Below are positions 9,081 through 19,474 of a stretch of DNA of 64,000 nt, piece after piece. Each line of letters begins with the position of its first letter. The stretch's first letter is position 1. The stretch lies in IMG/VR virus record IMGVR_UViG_3300027906_000002, positions 32,001 to 96,000 of that record; one strand, given 5' to 3'. The notes under the pieces are model-generated. The model saw only the letters and a list, made by a program, of their open reading frames with translations. It did no database searches and was not told the DNA's origin. The translations under genes were made by a program, and so were the position numbers. The DNA is from a virus.

Positions 9081-10523
9081 ATGGCAGACCAAGGAATTTT
9101 AGCACAATCTAAACCAGGTGCGAATACAAATACTGTTTTATATTCAGCTCCAGTAGATAAATCTGCAAGTACAGTATTGACTGTAGCGAATGATGGAACT
9201 GGATCTGCATATAAAGTTGGTATAAAGGATTATGATCAAAAATTAACTCTTGATGCATCAACGTATAGGTTGCATACGGGTGATTTGATCTCAGGATATA
9301 AGGTAACAGTAGATAATGCCATGTCATCCACTACTGGTCTTACTGGTGGTAGTTTAATTACAAGTGATGATTCTGAAAAGAGTTTCTACTTTGAATCATT
9401 TGCTGTTCCTGATTTAACAACATGGTATGTAAAGGTTGCATCAATAAGGCAAGTAACTCTAGAATCTGTAACAGGTACTTTTACTGTAGGTTCGACTCTT
9501 AGTACAGGAACTTCACCTAATGATACAACAGCAGTAATTTTTGGTGTTGTTGGAACTATTCTTTATATTGGACCTTCTACTATTAATGGTACTGGTGCAG
9601 AATTTGCTGATGGTAATGCTGTAGCTTCTGGTGCTGCTTCTGGTACTATTTCAAGTGGTGGTATCGGTGCTGCAAGCGATGATTTTGTAATTTCAAAAAC
9701 AACTGCTGGTGGTACATATAGTCTTTATCTTGGAGATCCTTTAGAAGCATTTACTGATCGTACTTATAAGTTTGATCTTTCAGATTCTAGTATGACTGGT
9801 AGGGATTTTAAAATATCTAGTACTGTCAATGGAATATGGGGTCCTGATGGTGTAATAGGTGGTGGTGATGATGGTGTTGAATATACTACTGGTAAGACCA
9901 GTGGTGGTACTGCTGGACAGGCAGGAGCATATATTCAGTATGACTGGACAGCAAGTGGTACTTTAACTGTCATGTATTTTTATGATGGTGGATCAGGTAC
10001 TGCTGGTAATGCTGGTTTTGGTGGTGCTGATAGATCTCTCACAATGTCGGACCAGTTTACCTATAATGATTTCTTTGTTTATGATATTACTGGTACTTGG
10101 GTTAACGCATCTGATTCATTTACACAAACAGCAACTACTTTTACAGTAACTGCTCAAGCATCTGGTGCTTATGGTTATGTTCGTGATTATACTGGGACTG
10201 CTTTAAAAGTAGTTAAAGGTCTTAATTCTCCAGAGTTTGCTGGTAGTTTAACCTTTAAGGATGCACCACTCCAAGAAAACCTTACTAGATCTACTGTTAC
10301 TGTTAGCTCAGTTACTGTAGCTAGTGATGCACTTGAAGATGAGCATTATATTGTTAATGGTGTTGCCAATGGCAATAATGAAGTAGATAGAATCACTTCA
10401 TTAGTTGTTGGTCCTGGTGAGAGAATAGTTATTAATAGTACTACTGCTAATAACTCATTCAGTCTCATTGGATTTGAGGATGCAAGCACAGCATTTACTG
10501 CTAGAGTCTTCGCAGCGATCTAA
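9081..10523 (+). CDS. Virion structural protein
   Basis: 480 aa, Gly/Thr/Ser-rich beta composition, within the structural operon. Confidence 0.65.
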   Translation: MADQGILAQSKPGANTNTVLYSAPVDKSASTVLTVANDGTGSAYKVGIKDYDQKLTLDASTYRLHTGDLISGYKVTVDNAMSSTTGLTGGSLITSDDSEKSFYFESFAVPDLTTWYVKVASIRQVTLESVTGTFTVGSTLSTGTSPNDTTAVIFGVVGTILYIGPSTINGTGAEFADGNAVASGAASGTISSGGIGAASDDFVISKTTAGGTYSLYLGDPLEAFTDRTYKFDLSDSSMTGRDFKISSTVNGIWGPDGVIGGGDDGVEYTTGKTSGGTAGQAGAYIQYDWTASGTLTVMYFYDGGSGTAGNAGFGGADRSLTMSDQFTYNDFFVYDITGTWVNASDSFTQTATTFTVTAQASGAYGYVRDYTGTALKVVKGLNSPEFAGSLTFKDAPLQENLTRSTVTVSSVTVASDALEDEHYIVNGVANGNNEVDRITSLVVGPGERIVINSTTANNSFSLIGFEDASTAFTARVFAAI

Positions 10524-10529
10524 TAAATA
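10522..10529 (+). promoter_or_regulatory. T4-type late promoter
   Basis: AATAAATA 25 nt before ATG 10555. Confidence 0.6.
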
Positions 10530-10554
10530 ACCATATAGGAATAGCGTATACGTA

Positions 10555-13500
10555 ATGTCACTAACTAGGTTAAAGAATATTATTACGTCCAGAACTGGAC
10601 GTATTATCTACGTAAACCCTGACGATTTCGATGCTTCTGATGCAATTGATAACAGGGGTAACTCGGCATTACGTCCGTTTAAGAGTTTACAACGTGCTTT
10701 CCTTGAGGTGGCACGATTTTCATATAGAGTCGGTTTAAGTAATGACGAATTTGACGCATTTTCAATTTACTTATATCCAGCAGTATATGAAATAGATAAT
10801 AGACCTGGAGATATTCTTTATACAAACGTTGCACCTATTGATGAAAACTCTAACCTAGATTTAACATCTCCAAATAATGTACTATACAAATATAATTCAA
10901 TCGAAGGTGGTGTTATTGTACCCAGAGGTTGTTCTGTAGTTGGTAGTGACCTTAGAAGAACTAAAATAATTCCAAAGTATGTTCCTTATCCTACAACATA
11001 CGCTGCTAAAGGTATAAACACAGAAGCACAAGTACCTGCAAGAACTGCAATATTTAAAGTAACTGGTGGTACTTACTTCTGGCAATTCTCATTCTTTGAT
11101 GGTGCAGAAGAAGGTGTATATTTCAAACCTGATAGTGTAGAAACATTACCACCTAAGTATTCACATCATAGACTTACATGTTTTGAGTTTGCTGATGGTT
11201 TAAATACATTATCACAACTTATTGCTAATGGAACGGTTGCTAACGCAGATTATTCTGCTGTTCCAAATATTCTAGACAGAACAGACTTAGACATATATTA
11301 TCAGAAGATATCTAAAGCATTCGCAACAATTCCTGATACATCTGGTGATCCTACAACTGACCAAATTCAGGCAAGGGTTGAGGAAAACAGAATTGTTGGT
11401 CCTATTTCTGATGAATATAAGGTATTACAAATAACAAGAAACGGACAGACTGCTACTGCTGTTACTGTTGATGAATTTGATAACCCAAGAGATCATGGAT
11501 TCTCTGTTGGTGTTAACATTAACATCTCTGGAGTTACAGGTTCAACTGGACCTCAATCAGAATTAGACTCTGGTATATACAATGGTTCATTCACTGTAAC
11601 ATCTGCATCTGGTAACGTATTCACTTATCAAATGGCAGCAGAACCTTCTGGTAATGCTGTTGGTTCAAACGTAACAGTTAAGACTGAGATTGATACAGTT
11701 GACTCAGCGTCACCTTATGCTTTCAACCTATCACTGAGAAGTGTGTGGGGTATGAATGGTATGAACGCTGATGGTGCTAAAGCAACTGGTTTCAAATCAA
11801 TGGTTGTGGCACAGTTTACTGGACTATCACTACAGAAAGACGACAGAGCATTTGTAAGATATAACGCATCAACTGGTAACTATGACGTAGCAACATCTGG
11901 AGATGGTGCTCACTTAGATGGATTTGCAGAGTATAGAAAAGATTGGGGTCATAGACATATTGTTGCATCTAATGATGCATTTATTCAGGCGGTCTCGGTG
12001 TTCGCTGTTGGATACTATGCTCATTTCTCAGCACACAACGGTGCTGACATGTCAATTACTAATAGTAACAGTAACTTTGGTAATACTGCACTTAGATCTG
12101 CTGGATTTAAGAATAAGTCATTCTCTAAAGATAAGGCAGGTTCATTAACTCATGTTATTCCACCTAAAGCTTTAGGTGTTATTTCAACTTCTGCTACTGG
12201 TGCAAATAATGGTGGTAATATTACATTAGCTAATGATGGATCTGTCAATGGTGTTATTGAAGGAATGACAGTTCATGGTGTTGGAATAGGTCAAGGTGCA
12301 ACTGTTGGATCTGTTAATACCAATACTAGAGTTATTACATTAACAGAAACTAATACTGCTGTTATTGATGGTAATGTTATTTTTGGTGAAGAGACATCTG
12401 TTAACTGGGTTAACGTTGATATTAAGAGAACTAAGACAATTAACTCTGCATTGGCAGGACAAGGTGGTACTCCAGGAACTAGATTGTATCTCTATGGTTA
12501 TACTGTAGAAGCATCACCACCAACAACAAGAGTACAGGGTTATACAATCGGTGCTAGACAAGATGGTACTGGACTTGATGCAGTAGCAGATAAAATTAAT
12601 TGTTTGCTTGTTGCTAATGGTGCAAATGAAGCGACTATTCATAATGCAGCAGTATCACCTTATGGACCTAGTGTTTCTGGTGTTTCTGCTGGTACTGCTG
12701 GATCTCCAATACAATTTGATAATCAAACATATACTATAGGTGGTGTACCAGATGTAGTGGGTGGTTGGTATCTTTCTGTAGATTCTGTTAATAACATGAT
12801 CTATGATACATTATCAACTAACGCAACATATAATACTGTTAACTTTACACCAACAACATTCCTTAAGAGAATACCTGACCCAAGAGACTTACAAGATAGA
12901 ACATATAGATTCCGTTATGTAATTGATAAGGATAAGACTAATCCATTACCAAGAGATCCTCTATCTGGTTATGTATTACAACCATTGAATAGTGATACTA
13001 CATCATATGCATTATCTAAGTGTTATTACATTTACGATATTGAAGTTGTACAACCATTTGTTCGAGGTGTTGATGATGGTATCTATTACCTAACATTATT
13101 ATGTGCATCTATTGCACCTTCAACTTCTAACTTTAATGATAGATTCTTCTCTCAGAATGTTAACGAAGTATATCCTACATTTGACAGAGATAATCCTCTT
13201 GCTGATCCAGATCCTGCTATATCTGTTGCTGATAACCAAATCATTGGTTTAGTTAATGCAACTGATGGTGCAACACCAACTCCTAATCTTGATCCTCAAA
13301 GAAGTATTACTAAGGAATCAACTGAGTTCTTACTAGCAGATACAGGTTGGACACAACCAGGTACTACACCTAACTTTGACTCTGTTAATGGTAGGTTATC
13401 TAACACAGAATTAACTGCTCGTGCTGGTGATGAGGAAGTAAGAAAGATTAAGATAAGACAGAATAATGATGGTACGGTAGCACCAATAGCAGTAGAGTTT

Positions 13501-14517
13501 AGACGACACTCTATCTTAAGATCAGGTAACCATACGTTTGAGTATCTCGGTTTTGGTCCAGGTAACTATTCAACTGCGTTCCCTCAAACACAGGTTGAGA
13601 CATTAACTACTAATCAAGTTAGGTTCTCTCAGTCTATTAAAGAGGCAGCAGGTGTTGCGTTCTATTCAGGTCTTAACTCAAATGGTGACCTATTCATTGG
13701 TAACCAGGTCATTAACCCTGTTACTGGTCAGATCACTAACGAAGATATTGCACAGTTGAATGTTGTTGGTGAAGAGAATACTACTATTGAAACCTTCTCT
13801 GAGTTGGTTATAACTGATAAAATAACTGTAATTGGTGGAGCATCTAACCAGTTAGAATCTATATTCGCTGGTCCTGTTACTTTCCAAGGACAGACAACGT
13901 TTACTGATAACTTATCTGCTAAGAAGATTTCATACTTCAACCAAGATGGTACAGTTATTAAGCAGACTCTACTAGCACCAGAGCTAGCAACTGGACAACC
14001 AGATTTCTCTAACATAACAGGATATGATACTCCTGCTGATGGTGACTTAGTTTATAATATAAACTGGGTTCCAGGTAAATCTCTTGGTTGGATTCGTTAT
14101 GCTCAAGAGTGGAAAGAATTTGGTCTAACAGACACAGGTATCATTGATATTTCTACCTTTAGTAATACTCAAAACATTGGTATTGGTAAGACAGCAACTG
14201 CTGACTTTAGAGTTGATATATTAGGTAATGCTAAGGTAGATGGTGACTTAGTTGTAACTGGTCGAGGTGGTGTTGCATCTGACAAGTATATTACAAGAAC
14301 TTATACTGGTGATGGATCAACATTAACATTTGCATTAACAACTTATGGTGCTGGTATTCAACATACTGATGACTCTGTATTAGTATTCTTGAATGGTGTA
14401 GCACAGATAGCAGGTACTAACTATACTGTTGATACTCTTGGTGCAAATATTGTATTCAGTTCTGGTGATGCACCATTGAATACAGATACAGTTCATATTT
14501 TAGAATTACCTATCTAA
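10555..14517 (+). CDS. Large virion structural / tail fibre-associated protein
   Basis: 1320 aa; 'IIYVNP...NRGNSALRPFKSLQRA' N-terminus typical of cyanophage tail proteins; C-terminal 'YTGDGSTLTF...VFLNGVAQIAGTNYT' module. Confidence 0.75.
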   Translation: MSLTRLKNIITSRTGRIIYVNPDDFDASDAIDNRGNSALRPFKSLQRAFLEVARFSYRVGLSNDEFDAFSIYLYPAVYEIDNRPGDILYTNVAPIDENSNLDLTSPNNVLYKYNSIEGGVIVPRGCSVVGSDLRRTKIIPKYVPYPTTYAAKGINTEAQVPARTAIFKVTGGTYFWQFSFFDGAEEGVYFKPDSVETLPPKYSHHRLTCFEFADGLNTLSQLIANGTVANADYSAVPNILDRTDLDIYYQKISKAFATIPDTSGDPTTDQIQARVEENRIVGPISDEYKVLQITRNGQTATAVTVDEFDNPRDHGFSVGVNINISGVTGSTGPQSELDSGIYNGSFTVTSASGNVFTYQMAAEPSGNAVGSNVTVKTEIDTVDSASPYAFNLSLRSVWGMNGMNADGAKATGFKSMVVAQFTGLSLQKDDRAFVRYNASTGNYDVATSGDGAHLDGFAEYRKDWGHRHIVASNDAFIQAVSVFAVGYYAHFSAHNGADMSITNSNSNFGNTALRSAGFKNKSFSKDKAGSLTHVIPPKALGVISTSATGANNGGNITLANDGSVNGVIEGMTVHGVGIGQGATVGSVNTNTRVITLTETNTAVIDGNVIFGEETSVNWVNVDIKRTKTINSALAGQGGTPGTRLYLYGYTVEASPPTTRVQGYTIGARQDGTGLDAVADKINCLLVANGANEATIHNAAVSPYGPSVSGVSAGTAGSPIQFDNQTYTIGGVPDVVGGWYLSVDSVNNMIYDTLSTNATYNTVNFTPTTFLKRIPDPRDLQDRTYRFRYVIDKDKTNPLPRDPLSGYVLQPLNSDTTSYALSKCYYIYDIEVVQPFVRGVDDGIYYLTLLCASIAPSTSNFNDRFFSQNVNEVYPTFDRDNPLADPDPAISVADNQIIGLVNATDGATPTPNLDPQRSITKESTEFLLADTGWTQPGTTPNFDSVNGRLSNTELTARAGDEEVRKIKIRQNNDGTVAPIAVEFRRHSILRSGNHTFEYLGFGPGNYSTAFPQTQVETLTTNQVRFSQSIKEAAGVAFYSGLNSNGDLFIGNQVINPVTGQITNEDIAQLNVVGEENTTIETFSELVITDKITVIGGASNQLESIFAGPVTFQGQTTFTDNLSAKKISYFNQDGTVIKQTLLAPELATGQPDFSNITGYDTPADGDLVYNINWVPGKSLGWIRYAQEWKEFGLTDTGIIDISTFSNTQNIGIGKTATADFRVDILGNAKVDGDLVVTGRGGVASDKYITRTYTGDGSTLTFALTTYGAGIQHTDDSVLVFLNGVAQIAGTNYTVDTLGANIVFSSGDAPLNTDTVHILELPI

Positions 14518-14539
14518 ATAATAATAGTAAGGAGGTCTT

Positions 14540-14962
14540 ATGGCAGTTTCAAGAATTAGTGGAAATCAAATATCGACTTCCACAGAAGCAATTATCACTA
14601 CACTTGGTTTTTTAAACTCTAATAGTGTCTTTAAATTACCTGTTGGTAATATAGCACAAAGACCTGTTGGTGTTACTGCTGGTACTCTAAGGTATAATAG
14701 TGAGATAGATAACGCAGAGATATATGTTAACGATGATGGTACTGGTTCTGCTGGATGGGCTCCAGTTGCAGGTGGTGGTCCAGCATTAGGAGAAGAAAGT
14801 GTTATAAGAACGAATCATAATGTTATTTCAGAAAATATTACTGTAGGTCCATCAGCAAATAATGATGCTAAATTTACAAACGGTTTTACTGCTGGACCTG
14901 TGACCATTGCTAATGGTTACACCATTACTATAGAAAGTGGAGCAGCATGGAGCGTAATCTAA
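14540..14962 (+). CDS. Short tail-fibre-module protein
   Basis: AAGGAGG RBS; 'LPVGNIAQRP...GTLRYNS...AEIY' module shared with five neighbours. Confidence 0.7.
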   Translation: MAVSRISGNQISTSTEAIITTLGFLNSNSVFKLPVGNIAQRPVGVTAGTLRYNSEIDNAEIYVNDDGTGSAGWAPVAGGGPALGEESVIRTNHNVISENITVGPSANNDAKFTNGFTAGPVTIANGYTITIESGAAWSVI

Positions 14963-16165
14963 ATGACGAGCGAAATTAAAGTAGCAGCATTACAGGGCAA
15001 TTCTCCCAACTTCAAGATAAATCTTGCCAATGACACTACTCTTAAGATGGAGAGTGATTTAAGATTGCAGAATCAATCTTATTTACCTGTGCCTGGTGGT
15101 GATCCAGATGCAAATGTCTATGCTAGACCACAAGATCCTAGTTATGGATCTCTTTTTATGAATACAAAGACAGGTAAGTTAGAGTATTGGAAGCATGGTG
15201 GTAAAGGAGGTTGGGGTTATATTATCAGTGGTGGTGGAGATGGAGAAGATGCAGCAGGAGACTTTTTATATCCTTGGGAAACAGGATCATCATTTACTTT
15301 CACTTCTGGTGGAAGAGGTGGTAGTAGTAATACATATGAAGCACCTAGTATTGGGAATGTAAGACAACACTCCAGTTATAGTGGTTCTGATGCTTGGGAG
15401 AATGAATATTTAACTACACCCAATTATGATGGTGTTATGCAATGGACTGTGCCTGGAACTGGTATTTGGACGTTTGAAGTTGCAGGTGCAAGAGGTGGTA
15501 CATCAAGTGGTTATGGTGGTTATAGACAACCAGGTTGGGGATATAGTGTAGAAGGAGATTTCACCCTTAATGGTGGTGATAATATTATGATTGTTGTAGG
15601 ACAACAAGGTCAAAATTCACAGAATGGTGGAGGTGGTGGAGGATCATTTGTATACAAAAATAGAAACGATTCTTATCCAATGTTAGCAGGTGGTGGAGGA
15701 GGTGGTGCTGGTTATAATAGCGGTAATGGTTATGATGCTACAAGTAGTAGCACTGCTGGTGGATGCCCCCCTTGTGGAACAAGTGGTGGATCAAATGGTA
15801 ACTCAGGTTCAGATGCCTACGGTAATGGTGGATCTGGAGGAGGATGGAACTCCTATGGTAACCAAGGTGGATCAAGTGGTAACACATCCAACTTCCGAGG
15901 AAAGCAAGCATCATATTATGGTGGATTTGGAATGGGTGGTGGAGCACAAGGTGGTGACAACGGTGGAGGAGGCGGTGGCGGTTACTCTGGCGGTGGATCT
16001 GGTTGTGACGGAGGAAACGGTTGGGGTGGCGGTGGTGGAGGATCCTATATTTGGACAGGATCTCCATTATATGCAGGAGCAAGTGCAAATAAAGGAAATA
16101 ACACCAGTAGTACTGGTGGAGGAAGTGGATGGGGATATGTTAAAGTAACACTTAAGTCTGTTTAA
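14963..16165 (+). CDS. Glycine-rich adhesin-like protein 1 (ALK/LTK-type glycine-rich domain)
   Basis: N-terminal fibre module, then 'WTVPGTGIWTFEVAGARGG...GGGGGGSFV...AGGGGGG' polyglycine architecture. Confidence 0.7.
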   Translation: MTSEIKVAALQGNSPNFKINLANDTTLKMESDLRLQNQSYLPVPGGDPDANVYARPQDPSYGSLFMNTKTGKLEYWKHGGKGGWGYIISGGGDGEDAAGDFLYPWETGSSFTFTSGGRGGSSNTYEAPSIGNVRQHSSYSGSDAWENEYLTTPNYDGVMQWTVPGTGIWTFEVAGARGGTSSGYGGYRQPGWGYSVEGDFTLNGGDNIMIVVGQQGQNSQNGGGGGGSFVYKNRNDSYPMLAGGGGGGAGYNSGNGYDATSSSTAGGCPPCGTSGGSNGNSGSDAYGNGGSGGGWNSYGNQGGSSGNTSNFRGKQASYYGGFGMGGGAQGGDNGGGGGGGYSGGGSGCDGGNGWGGGGGGSYIWTGSPLYAGASANKGNNTSSTGGGSGWGYVKVTLKSV

Positions 16166-16168
16166 AAT

Positions 16169-16176
16169 TATAAATA
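16169..16176 (+). promoter_or_regulatory. T4-type late promoter
   Basis: Perfect TATAAATA before ATG 16203. Confidence 0.7.
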
Positions 16177-16202
16177 AATAATGATAGGTAATAGATGGAG
16201 TT

Positions 16203-17495
16203 ATGAGTAATCTCAACGTAGATACCGTTACAGCAGCGAATGTTCATGCAACTGGAATGGTATCCGCTAATACCGCATTAAAAGCACCAAATTATGCGGA
16301 TGCAGGAAAACCTGCTAGTGCTGATCCAGGAGTGATAATCTATAATACAACTGGACAGGATGTTGAGTTGTGGAAAGGAAGTACTTGGTTAAGTCTAGGT
16401 GCTGGTAATATGAGAACATGGTCAGGAGAAGAAGGGAGACCAACATCACCTGCAACAGGACAATTTGGTTTTAATACAACAACAGGACAGGCAGAGATAT
16501 TCAACGGTTCTGATTGGATAACATTTGGTGCTAATTCTGCTGAAGGTGCTGCTGCTGCTCTATTTAACTTTAGTTCGTTTACATTCCTTTCTATTGTAGG
16601 TAGAGGACAGGATACAGGTCCAAACTCAAGTCAAATGAGTAGTGAGTATTCTGGACAACCTTGGGCATCACAATACTTTAAGCAAGGAGATTATCAAGGT
16701 TATCAAGTATGGACAGTGCCTGAAGATGGTAATTATGTCATTGAAGCAGGTGGAGCAAGAGGTGGTAGAGATTTAAACTATGGACAACAAAACCTTTGGG
16801 GAGCAGTTGTTACAGGAACGTTTGCTTTAACTAGAGAAACAGAATTATCAATGGTAGTTGGTGTTGGTGGTAACCAATACTATTCACCTCATGGACATGA
16901 ATGTGGAGGTGGTGGTGGATCATTTGTTGTTAACAAGACAACAAGTTCTCCATTGCTTATTGCTGGTGGTGGAGGAGGTAGTGCTGGTGGTGCATCATGG
17001 GGATGGTCATGTAGCAGACCTACATCATGGGGATATGGACAATCAGGAGAATATGGTGGAAGACCAACTTGTTATACGAACCCTTCACAACCTAGTCCTG
17101 GATACGGTGGTAACACAAATGGTGGATACATGGGTGGTGCTGGAGGAGGATATTTAACTAAAGGTCAGAATGGAGGTGGTCACTGTCGAACTGCTCAAGG
17201 TGGTCAAGGATATAATAATGGTATGGTAGGTGGTTACGGTAATTCTTGTTATAATAGTACTGGAAATCGTGGTGGATTTGGAGGAGGTGGCGGTGGTCAA
17301 CTCTCTGGACCAGGTGCAGGTGGAGGATGGACTGGAGGTTGTACTTCAGGACAGTGGGCATCTCACGCTACTCATGGTGGTGGCGGTGGTTCATATAATG
17401 CTGGAACCAATGCTCAAGCACAACAAGGTGGTAACTCATCATCTGAAGGTGGTCAATATAGTGGTAACGGATACATTAAAATTACTAAACAATAA
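16203..17495 (+). CDS. Glycine-rich adhesin-like protein 2
   Basis: Two N-terminal fibre modules plus 'WTVPEDGNYVIEAGGARGG' glycine-rich domain; close paralogue of 19475-20806. Confidence 0.72.
   Translation: MSNLNVDTVTAANVHATGMVSANTALKAPNYADAGKPASADPGVIIYNTTGQDVELWKGSTWLSLGAGNMRTWSGEEGRPTSPATGQFGFNTTTGQAEIFNGSDWITFGANSAEGAAAALFNFSSFTFLSIVGRGQDTGPNSSQMSSEYSGQPWASQYFKQGDYQGYQVWTVPEDGNYVIEAGGARGGRDLNYGQQNLWGAVVTGTFALTRETELSMVVGVGGNQYYSPHGHECGGGGGSFVVNKTTSSPLLIAGGGGGSAGGASWGWSCSRPTSWGYGQSGEYGGRPTCYTNPSQPSPGYGGNTNGGYMGGAGGGYLTKGQNGGGHCRTAQGGQGYNNGMVGGYGNSCYNSTGNRGGFGGGGGGQLSGPGAGGGWTGGCTSGQWASHATHGGGGGSYNAGTNAQAQQGGNSSSEGGQYSGNGYIKITKQ
16850..16894 (+). repeat. 45 bp exact direct repeat, copy 1 (copy 2 at 20167-20211)
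   Basis: AATGGTAGTTGGTGTTGGTGGTAACCAATACTATTCACCTCATGG is identical in the two paralogous genes. Confidence 0.9.
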
Positions 17496-17498
17496 ACT

Positions 17499-17705
17499 AT
17501 GGCACAGTTTTATGATGGTTTCAAGTGGAGAGGAAATTCTTCCTACAATCCATTTGCTAGTGAAACATTAAAAAAAGAAAGAATGGACATGTGTAGAGCA
17601 TGTGACCAATTCAAACCAAGAACTCAGCAATGTAATAAGTGTGGTTGCTTTATGCAATTAAAAACAAAGATGAAAGACGCACATTGCCCCATTGATAAAT
17701 GGTAA
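17499..17705 (+). CDS. Small Cys-rich putative metal-binding protein
   Basis: CxxC-x9-CxxCGC-x12-CP-x2-KW pattern: 'CRACDQF...CNKCGCF...HCPIDKW'. Confidence 0.75.
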   Translation: MAQFYDGFKWRGNSSYNPFASETLKKERMDMCRACDQFKPRTQQCNKCGCFMQLKTKMKDAHCPIDKW

Positions 17706-17711
17706 TAAATA
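17704..17711 (+). promoter_or_regulatory. T4-type late promoter
   Basis: AATAAATA before ATG 17734. Confidence 0.5.
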
Positions 17712-17733
17712 AACATAAGGACATTTATAGATT

Positions 17734-18015
17734 ATGACACCTGCAGAACTAAAAGAAAAACAGATCGCTATAGAAGCATCTATTCGTACTTTGGAAGAGC
17801 AACTCCAAACAGCAAAGAACCATCAAAGGGAATTATTTGTATTAGAGGCAGATTTAGTTATTACTCAACAGATAGAATCTGGAGTACATGCTGCTGCAAT
17901 GGCAAATAGAGCAGCACAAGAAGCATTAGACGAAGCAGATAATGCATTGCATTATCCAGAAGGTGATCCGATTAATGATATCGATCCACCAGCAGTACCA
18001 CCAACTGAAGAATAA
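17734..18015 (+). CDS. Coiled-coil hypothetical protein, 93 aa
   Basis: Heptad-like N-terminus, acidic/Pro tail; TAATG coupling. Confidence 0.7.
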   Translation: MTPAELKEKQIAIEASIRTLEEQLQTAKNHQRELFVLEADLVITQQIESGVHAAAMANRAAQEALDEADNALHYPEGDPINDIDPPAVPPTEE

Positions 18016-18317
18016 TGGCAAAAGTAACAACATCTAAAATATCTGGTATTGGTGCTACACTAGGACAAGTTAGTGTTAGTACTGGACATACCTTTGAGGT
18101 GGATGGTGTTGTTGACTTAACACACTGTACTAACCAAGCATTTCAGTTACCAACAGGTACTATAAGTCAGAGACCACAGAATCCACTTACAGGTTATCTT
18201 AGGTGGAATACTGATAATGACCCTAACACAGGTAGTACCATTGGTTTAGAATATTATAATGGTACTGAATGGTGGAATATTAATACAGCACCCGAACCTG
18301 AAGAGGAGGATCCATAA
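18015..18317 (+). CDS. Short tail-fibre-module protein with no head domain
   Basis: 'LPTGTISQRPQNPLTGYLRWNTD...LEYYNGTEW', then an acidic end. Confidence 0.7.
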   Translation: MAKVTTSKISGIGATLGQVSVSTGHTFEVDGVVDLTHCTNQAFQLPTGTISQRPQNPLTGYLRWNTDNDPNTGSTIGLEYYNGTEWWNINTAPEPEEEDP

Positions 18318-19448
18318 ATGAGTATCATAAGATTTGACGAGTTATATGGACCAGAGCAAACAGAGATGATGCTTCAGATGGATGGTCAAGACCATCTTAA
18401 TATCTTTGGAACTTTTGCTATGGGGCAATTGGGTCAGATATGTTTACCATCTGGTACAACAGGACAAAGACCAACAAGTCCTAATGTTGGTATGATAAGA
18501 ATTAATGAAACCCTACTTGCTATAGAAGTATACGATGGTGAGACATGGATACCAGTTACAAATCCTCAAGGTGGTGCAGGTACTGGTGCTACAACTGCTG
18601 TAGGTCAGCAAAAATATGGTTCAGCAGGTACATTCTCATGGACATGCCCTGATAATGTATATGATGTTTCAGTGGTATGTGTTGGAGGTGGTGGTGGTTC
18701 TACTAGAGATGAGCAAGGTGCAGGTGGAGGTGCTGGTCTTGGATGGGCAAACGGTATTCAAGTTCAACCAGGTCAGAGTTATCAAGTAGTTGTTGGAGCA
18801 AAAGGTACATCAGCATCACCAGGAAACTATGCTGGTAATGGTGGACAATCATATTTTATAGACACCAATACCATATGGGGTGGAGGTGGAGGTGGAACTG
18901 GTAGAGATAGAAATGGTTCTGCTAATAGACCAGGTTACGGAGGTCAAGGTGGAACATGGGGTGGATCAGGTGGATCTGCTCAAGGTGGAGGAGATGGTGG
19001 TAATGGAGGAGATGGTAACAGAAGTAGTTTAAGTGATACAGGACAATCTTGTGGTGGAGGTGGTGCTGCTGGATACTCAGGAAATGGAGGATATGGAGGA
19101 CACTATACTTCAGGTTGGGGTACTGGTGGTAATGGTTCTGGTGGCGGTGGATCAGGTGGATATGCTGGTTCTTCCGAATCCTATGGAGGAGGAGGTGGAG
19201 GCGTAGGTCTCAACGGTCAAGGTTCTAATGGTAATGTAAGTTCAAGTAATGGTGGTGCTGGTAATGGTGGATCAGGTGGTTCAAATGGTGGAGGAAACAC
19301 AGGTAATGACCCAGATGTTCCAGGTGGTGACTACGGTGGTGGTGCTGGATCAAACGACTCATATGGATCATATGGTGGTGTAGGTGGTGTCCGTATTATA
19401 TGGGGTCCAGATAGAGCATTTCCAAGCACTAACACCGCAGACCAATAA
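18318..19448 (+). CDS. Glycine-rich adhesin-like protein 3 (different glycine-rich head type)
   Basis: Fibre module 'LPSGTTGQRP...EVYDGETW', then 'GTFSWTCPDNVYDVSVVCVGGGGG...GVGGVRIIWG'. Confidence 0.7.
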   Translation: MSIIRFDELYGPEQTEMMLQMDGQDHLNIFGTFAMGQLGQICLPSGTTGQRPTSPNVGMIRINETLLAIEVYDGETWIPVTNPQGGAGTGATTAVGQQKYGSAGTFSWTCPDNVYDVSVVCVGGGGGSTRDEQGAGGGAGLGWANGIQVQPGQSYQVVVGAKGTSASPGNYAGNGGQSYFIDTNTIWGGGGGGTGRDRNGSANRPGYGGQGGTWGGSGGSAQGGGDGGNGGDGNRSSLSDTGQSCGGGGAAGYSGNGGYGGHYTSGWGTGGNGSGGGGSGGYAGSSESYGGGGGGVGLNGQGSNGNVSSSNGGAGNGGSGGSNGGGNTGNDPDVPGGDYGGGAGSNDSYGSYGGVGGVRIIWGPDRAFPSTNTADQ

Positions 19449-19451
19449 ATA
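19444..19451 (+). promoter_or_regulatory. T4-type late promoter
   Basis: AATAAATA followed by GGAGG RBS and ATG 19475. Confidence 0.55.
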
Positions 19452-19474
19452 TAATGGAGGAATAGTATTATCCC

